Assembly (NCBI GenBank): GCA_963836755.1
Contig: CAWIKF010000002.1
Coordinates: 896,001-960,000, forward strand
Length of the DNA: 64,000 nt
Direction of reading: 5' to 3'
Source: an uncultured Verrucomicrobiae bacterium
GTDB lineage: Bacteria > Verrucomicrobiota > Verrucomicrobiia > Chthoniobacterales > Chthoniobacteraceae
Part shown: in pieces, positions 59,029-64,000 of the stretch
Numbering within the stretch: position 1 is the first letter of the stretch
Layout: each line of letters opens with the position of its first letter
Position numbers and translations under genes: made by a program
The notes under the pieces: generated by a model
The model's input: only the letters and a program-made list of their open reading frames with translations
Told to the model about the DNA's origin: nothing
Database searches by the model: none

Positions 59029-59340
59029 ATGACCAACGGCCAACGCATTCGCATCCGACTAAAAGCATTCGATTTCCGCATGCTCGACGCATCGTCGGCG
59101 GAAATTGTCGAGACGGCGAAGCGCACCGGCGCGAAAGTCGCAGGGCCGATTCCGCTGCCGACGCGCATCGAGAAATTCACGGTGAACCGTTCTCCGCACG
59201 TCGACAAAAAGTCGATGGATCAATTTGAAATTCGCACGCACAAGCGCCTGCTCGACATCATCGAGCCGACCGCAAAAACGGTGGACGAATTAAAGAAACT
59301 CAACTTGCCGGCGGGCGTGGATATTACGATCAAAATTTAA
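59029..59340 (+). CDS. rpsJ: 30S ribosomal protein S10
   Basis: [23 protein letters not shown]. Confidence 0.98.
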   Translation: MTNGQRIRIRLKAFDFRMLDASSAEIVETAKRTGAKVAGPIPLPTRIEKFTVNRSPHVDKKSMDQFEIRTHKRLLDIIEPTAKTVDELKKLNLPAGVDITIKI

Positions 59341-59355
59341 CGCCGCGTTAACACC

Positions 59356-60072
59356 ATGAGAATCGGACTTTTAGGCAAAAAAATTGGAATGACCCGCGTT
59401 TATGACGACAAGGGCCGCGCCACCGCGGTCACGGTCATCGACGTGAGCGATAACACGCGCCTTGACGTGAAGACGCTGGAAAAAGATGGCTACAGCGGCG
59501 TGCAGGTCGGCTTCGACACGCAGAAGGAATCACGCGTGAACAACGCGGAGCTCGGCATTTTCAAAAAAGCCGGATCAGCGCCGAAGAAACTCGTCGCGGA
59601 GTTTCGCTTGGAAGACAACGAAACTGTCGCCGAAGATTTGAATCTGAAGCCAACTTTGTTTCAGCCCGGCCAGCTCGTTGACGTCATTGGTCAGTCGAAG
59701 GGCAAAGGTTTTCAGGGCGTCATGAAAAAGCACAATATGAGCGGCCAGCCAATGTCGCACGGGCACATGATGCATCGCCGAAACGGCGCCATCGGCAACC
59801 GATCCACGCCAGGGCGCGTCTGGAAGAACATGGGCATGCCGGGCCACATGGGCGACGAGCGCGTGACCGTGCAGAATTTGAAAGTGTTGCAGGTGCGCGA
59901 GACGGACAATGTGTTGCTAATCACCGGGGCGGTGCCGGGCGCGAACGGCAGTTACGTTGTGGTGCGGCCGGCGATCAAGCATCCGGTCGGCACTCTCGCG
60001 AAAGAGCCTCAGGAAAAAGCGGCGGCATCGTCCGGCAAACCGGCTGCGAAAACCGCCGGGAAAAAGAAATAA
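59356..60072 (+). CDS. rplC: 50S ribosomal protein L3
   Basis: GKKIGMT, SKGKGFQG, MPGHMG, GAVPG. Confidence 0.97.
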   Translation: MRIGLLGKKIGMTRVYDDKGRATAVTVIDVSDNTRLDVKTLEKDGYSGVQVGFDTQKESRVNNAELGIFKKAGSAPKKLVAEFRLEDNETVAEDLNLKPTLFQPGQLVDVIGQSKGKGFQGVMKKHNMSGQPMSHGHMMHRRNGAIGNRSTPGRVWKNMGMPGHMGDERVTVQNLKVLQVRETDNVLLITGAVPGANGSYVVVRPAIKHPVGTLAKEPQEKAAASSGKPAAKTAGKKK

Positions 60073-60684
60073 ATGAGCGCAAAAGTTTTAACCATCGAAG
60101 TGGCGAAGAAAGCCAATCTCGAGTTGATCGAGAACGGCAAAGGAACGCAGGCTGTCCACGACGTGATCGTCGCGATGCGCGCGGCGCGCCGGAGCGGCAC
60201 GGCGAGCGTGAAAACGAAGGCGACTGTGAGCGGCTCGGGCGCAAAACCTTGGCGGCAAAAAGGAACTGGGCGCGCGCGCGCGGGCTATCGCTCGTCGCCG
60301 GTTTGGTCGGGAGGCGGTGTCGTGTTCGGCCCGCATCCTCGCGACTACACGAAGAAGGTTCCGAAGCAGGTGCGCCGCCTGGCGTTGCGCAAGGCGTTAA
60401 GCGTGCGAATCCAGGCGGGCGACGTTCTTTTGACCGATAATTTTGTGGTGAGCGAGCCGAAGACGAAGGCTTTTGTGAAGCTCGTCGCCGAAAGCACGCC
60501 CGAGTCGAAAGTGCTGATCGTGAGCCAGGAGTTCGATGAGAAAACTTATCTGGCGGGGCGAAATGTTCAGCCGACTTTGCTCGTGAAAGCGAGCGATGTG
60601 AATGCTGAGCAGTTGCTCGCGTTTAAAAAAATCATTCTCATCGGCGAAGCGCTCGCGACGCTGGCGGAAAGGACGAAAAAATGA
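60073..60684 (+). CDS. rplD: 50S ribosomal protein L4
   Basis: KPWRQKGTGRARAG, GGGVVFGP. Confidence 0.97.
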   Translation: MSAKVLTIEVAKKANLELIENGKGTQAVHDVIVAMRAARRSGTASVKTKATVSGSGAKPWRQKGTGRARAGYRSSPVWSGGGVVFGPHPRDYTKKVPKQVRRLALRKALSVRIQAGDVLLTDNFVVSEPKTKAFVKLVAESTPESKVLIVSQEFDEKTYLAGRNVQPTLLVKASDVNAEQLLAFKKIILIGEALATLAERTKK

Positions 60685-60962
60685 ACGAAATCTTTGATGT
60701 CATCGATACGGTGCGGCTGACGGAAAAAGGTTCGCTGCTCACGGAGAAGCACAACAAATACGTTTTCCGTGTGAACCCGCGCGCGAACAAATTGCAGATC
60801 AAGCACGCGATCGAAAAACTTTTCGGCAAGAAAGTTGCGGATGTGAACACCTGCAACTATGCGGGCAAATTGAAGCGGACGCGTGGTCCGCTCGGCCGCA
60901 AGCCGGCTTGGAAGAAAGCCATCGTCACGCTCAAGGAGGGCGAGAAAATCGACCTCGCATAA
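60681..60962 (+). CDS. rplW: 50S ribosomal protein L23
   Basis: TEK, ANKLQIK.AIE.LF, WKKAIVTL. Confidence 0.96.
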   Translation: MNEIFDVIDTVRLTEKGSLLTEKHNKYVFRVNPRANKLQIKHAIEKLFGKKVADVNTCNYAGKLKRTRGPLGRKPAWKKAIVTLKEGEKIDLA

Positions 60963-60965
60963 TTT

Positions 60966-61817
60966 ATGGCGCTCAAAACTTATCGCCCACTCACACCAGT
61001 CCAGCGCACCAAGCAGACGCCGGCCTTCGATGAAATCACGAAGTCGAAGCCGGAGAAATCGTTGGTCCAGACGCTGAAAAAAACGGGCGGACGCAACAAT
61101 CACGGTCGTTTAACAAGCCGTCACATTGGCGGCGGACACAAACAAAAGTATCGCATCATCGATTTCAAGCGCCGCAAACACGACGTCGTGGCGGAAGTAA
61201 TCGCGATTGAATACGATCCAAACCGCAGTGCTCGCATTGCGCTGCTGCAATATCAGGACGGCGAAAAAGCTTACATCCTCGCTCCGAATGGACTTTCAGT
61301 TGGCGCCAAAGTTAGCGCCGGCGAGAAGTCAGCGCCTGAGGTTGGCAACGCACTTCCGCTCAAAAGCATTCCGCTCGGGACCGCTATCCACAACGTGGAA
61401 CTGGTTCCCGGACGTGGCGGCCAGATCGCGCGTAGTGCCGGCCAGCAAGTGATGTTGAACAACCGCGAAGGCGGTTACGCACTCGTGAAAATGCCGAGCG
61501 GCGAGATTCGCAAAATCAACGAAAAGGCATACGCGACGATCGGCCAAGTCGGCAACGTCGATCACATGAATGTGAAAAGCGGCAAAGCCGGGCGCACGCG
61601 CTGGCAGGGACGCCGGCCGCACGTTCGCGGCATGGTCATGAATCCGGTCGATCACCCGATGGGCGGCGGCCAAGGCAAATCCAAAGGCGGCGGCGGACGG
61701 CATCATCCGGTCAGCCCGTGGGGGCAGCTCGCGAAAGGTTTCAAGACTCGCCGCAAGCACAAACAGAGCAGCACGTTCATCGTCGAGCGCCGCAAATCGA
61801 AGAAGAAAGTTAAGTAA
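60966..61817 (+). CDS. rplB: 50S ribosomal protein L2
   Basis: [25 protein letters not shown]. Confidence 0.98.
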   Translation: MALKTYRPLTPVQRTKQTPAFDEITKSKPEKSLVQTLKKTGGRNNHGRLTSRHIGGGHKQKYRIIDFKRRKHDVVAEVIAIEYDPNRSARIALLQYQDGEKAYILAPNGLSVGAKVSAGEKSAPEVGNALPLKSIPLGTAIHNVELVPGRGGQIARSAGQQVMLNNREGGYALVKMPSGEIRKINEKAYATIGQVGNVDHMNVKSGKAGRTRWQGRRPHVRGMVMNPVDHPMGGGQGKSKGGGGRHHPVSPWGQLAKGFKTRRKHKQSSTFIVERRKSKKKVK

Positions 61818-61823
61818 CCAAGT

Positions 61824-62102
61824 ATGGGCAGATCTTTAAAAAAAGGACCTTTCGTCGAGCAGCATTTGCTCGAGAAGATCGACAAAATGGAAGCTGCCGG
61901 CGTGAAGAAGCCGATCAAAACCTGGTCGCGCCGCAGCACCGTAACGCCGGATTTTGTCGGTCATACTTTTTTGGTCCACAACGGCAAAATTTTTCAATCC
62001 GTCTTTGTAACGGAGAACATGGTGGGACACAAACTCGGCGAATTTTCGCCGACGCGCGTCTTTAAGAAACACGGTTCGCACACTGCGAAAGTGACCAAGT
62101 AA
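61824..62102 (+). CDS. rpsS: 30S ribosomal protein S19
   Basis: [25 protein letters not shown]. Confidence 0.98.
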   Translation: MGRSLKKGPFVEQHLLEKIDKMEAAGVKKPIKTWSRRSTVTPDFVGHTFLVHNGKIFQSVFVTENMVGHKLGEFSPTRVFKKHGSHTAKVTK

Positions 62103-62103
62103 A

Positions 62104-62886
62104 ATGAAATTTCCCGCCATGGCGGGTTGGACGTGTTTGACGCTGGCGTTGATGCCGGCGGCGCACGGCGCAGATAGTTCTTTGTCAACTTTGGATATTG
62201 AGTTCTCGGAAGCTAAAATGACGCTTCAGACGATGAATGCCGCCAACGCGGCATTGAGCGAGAAGTTGAAACTTTCGCAGGAGCAGGTGAAATCGTTGAC
62301 GGAAAGTCTGGCGATTTCCAATAGCGAAGCGGAAGTTTTCAAGCGCGAGAGCGGCGAGTTGAAGCTGCGCATGGAGGCCCTCGGGCTGGATGCGGGCGAC
62401 AAGGCGAAGCTCGAGCAGCGGCTGTTGAAAGCCGTGAGCGATCTAAAAATCGTCCAGGACGAAAAAGACAAGCTCGCGGACCAGCTTTTGCGGATGTCGG
62501 AGGCGATGCTGCGGTTTTTGAAAACCGCAGTCAGCACCGACGCGCAGGCGCGGATGGCAGTGGAAACCGAGATGCGCGCGACGAATGAAGCGCTCGGTCT
62601 GCCGAGTGCGCAGGCCGTGGACGCGCAGGCGATTCCGGCGACGCTGACCGATGGAATGGTAATCACCGTAAAAGAAGAATTTGCGCTGGTCGTCGCGAAC
62701 CTTGGCAGCAAGCAGGGCGTGAAAATCGGCATGCCGTTCCAAGTGTGGCGCGGCGACGGTCTCATCGGCCATGTGCGCATCGTCGATGTCCGCGACAAAA
62801 TCGCGGGCGCAGTGATTCAAGATCTCAATTCGAACAAGGACAAGGTGAAAGTAGGCGACCGCCTTCGGGTGGACGCCCAACAGTAA
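62104..62886 (+). CDS. Hypothetical exported coiled-coil protein with a C-terminal beta domain, inside the S10 cluster
   Basis: 260-aa ORF exactly filling the rpsS-rplV gap; signal-like N-terminus; heptad-rich centre; VVANLG..GVKIG..IG.V..VGDRL. Confidence 0.8.
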   Translation: MKFPAMAGWTCLTLALMPAAHGADSSLSTLDIEFSEAKMTLQTMNAANAALSEKLKLSQEQVKSLTESLAISNSEAEVFKRESGELKLRMEALGLDAGDKAKLEQRLLKAVSDLKIVQDEKDKLADQLLRMSEAMLRFLKTAVSTDAQARMAVETEMRATNEALGLPSAQAVDAQAIPATLTDGMVITVKEEFALVVANLGSKQGVKIGMPFQVWRGDGLIGHVRIVDVRDKIAGAVIQDLNSNKDKVKVGDRLRVDAQQ

Positions 62887-62898
62887 AATTTTAAAAAC

Positions 62899-63396
62899 AT
62901 GCAAGTGACTTCGACATATAAATACGCGCGCATCTCTGCTTTTAAAGGCCGGGAAGTGACACGCGAAATTCAAGGGCTGCCGGTTTCGGCTGCGCTCGAT
63001 ATCGTCGCGTTCAGCCCGAAAAAGGTGGCCGCGTTTGTCGCGAAAACTTTGAAGAGCGCAATCGCCAACGCGGAAAACAACAACGATCTGCGCGTGGAAA
63101 ACCTCGTCGTCAAAGAAGCGACCATTGGCGAAGGGCCAACGTTCAAGCGCTCGCAGCCAAAGGCGCGCGGCAGCGCCGGACCGATCCGCAAGCGGACCAG
63201 CCACATTCGCATCGTGCTCACCGACGAAATCGAAATCAAAACTCGCGAATCGAGAAAGAAAGCCGCGGGCGCGAAAAAGAGCAAAAAGCCGGCAGCGAAA
63301 AAAACTGCGGCGAAAAAAGAGCATGTTGCTGCTGAAACAAAAGTCGCGGAGAAGCCCGCTGAGACTGACGTCAAAGAAGGCCAAACCGCAGAATAA
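62899..63396 (+). CDS. rplV: 50S ribosomal protein L22 with Lys/Ala-rich C-terminal tail
   Basis: [23 protein letters not shown]. Confidence 0.96.
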   Translation: MQVTSTYKYARISAFKGREVTREIQGLPVSAALDIVAFSPKKVAAFVAKTLKSAIANAENNNDLRVENLVVKEATIGEGPTFKRSQPKARGSAGPIRKRTSHIRIVLTDEIEIKTRESRKKAAGAKKSKKPAAKKTAAKKEHVAAETKVAEKPAETDVKEGQTAE

Positions 63397-63398
63397 TT

Positions 63399-64000
63399 AT
63401 GGGTCAAAAAGTTAATCCAATCGGCTTCCGCCTCGCGGTCAATCGCGACTGGCGCTCGCGCTGGTATGCTTCGCCGAAAGAGCTGCCCGAGTTTTTGCAT
63501 TCGGACATCAAAATCCGCGATTACGTGAAGAAAAAGCTTCAACTCGCGGCAGTTGCGAAAATCATGATCGAGCGCGCTTGGAACAGTCTGCGCGTGACGA
63601 TTCACACTGCGCGTCCGGGCATCGTCATTGGACGCAAAGGCTCGGAAATCGAAAAGATGACCGAGGACATTTCGAAAATGGCCGGCGGCAAATCGGTAAA
63701 AATCGACATCGTCGAAATCAAAACGCCGGAGCTCGACGCACAGCTCGTCGCGGAAAATGTGGCGTTGCAAATCGAGCGGCGCATTTCCTTTCGCCGAGCG
63801 ATGAAAAAAGCGGTGCAAACCACGATGGATTTTGGCGCGCAAGGAATCCGGATCCGCGCTGCAGGCCGTCTCGGCGGCGCAGAAATTTCGCGTGCGGAAT
63901 GGTATCGCGAGGGAAAAATTCCGCTGCACACTTTGCGCCAGCCGATCGATTACGGCTTTGCGGAAGCGATGACCGTTTACGGAAAAATCGGCATCAAATG
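63399..64000 (+). CDS. rpsC: 30S ribosomal protein S3, 5' part (runs off window)
   Basis: Hand translation [33 protein letters not shown]. Confidence 0.96.
   Translation, partial: MGQKVNPIGFRLAVNRDWRSRWYASPKELPEFLHSDIKIRDYVKKKLQLAAVAKIMIERAWNSLRVTIHTARPGIVIGRKGSEIEKMTEDISKMAGGKSVKIDIVEIKTPELDAQLVAENVALQIERRISFRRAMKKAVQTTMDFGAQGIRIRAAGRLGGAEISRAEWYREGKIPLHTLRQPIDYGFAEAMTVYGKIGIK

Noticed and set aside
62443..63929. Long minus-strand ORFs (313 and 319 aa)
   Set aside because: Antisense shadows of the inserted gene, rplV and rpsC

Overview
Chromosomal window from a GC-rich bacterium. Protein signatures (EF-G N-terminal extension and insertion, AAQGYxELG TPR family, FHA-cyclase, kinase-PEGA, DUF1501/DUF1800) suggest Verrucomicrobiota, probably Chthoniobacterales-like; this is inferred, not searched. 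Most of it is housekeeping: argF (partial), hppA, pepF, two yebC, rho, uvrA, ileS-lspA, smc, ppk1, rpmI-rplT-pheST, hom-thrC, and rpsL-rpsG-fusA running into the S10 cluster. It also holds a TonB-receptor/exbBD/tonB/DUF318/DUF1980 operon with palindromic operators. No rRNA, tRNA, CRISPR array, transposase or integrase was seen. Best leads: (1) a secreted coiled-coil protein gene inserted between rpsS and rplV; (2) a ~1.5 kb accessory patch between smc and ppk1 with a 182-aa core-only secretin-like gene, an attC-like site, a truncated ORF and a 21-bp tandem repeat; (3) tandem NrdR-like boxes at the smc promoter; (4) a candidate 6S-like ncRNA after pheT; (5) a stand-alone His-kinase H-box protein; (6) a sigma54-type promoter ahead of an orphan ECF sigma; (7) apparently leaderless promoters at many genes. 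All calls are by-eye motif recognition; no database search or folding computation was run.
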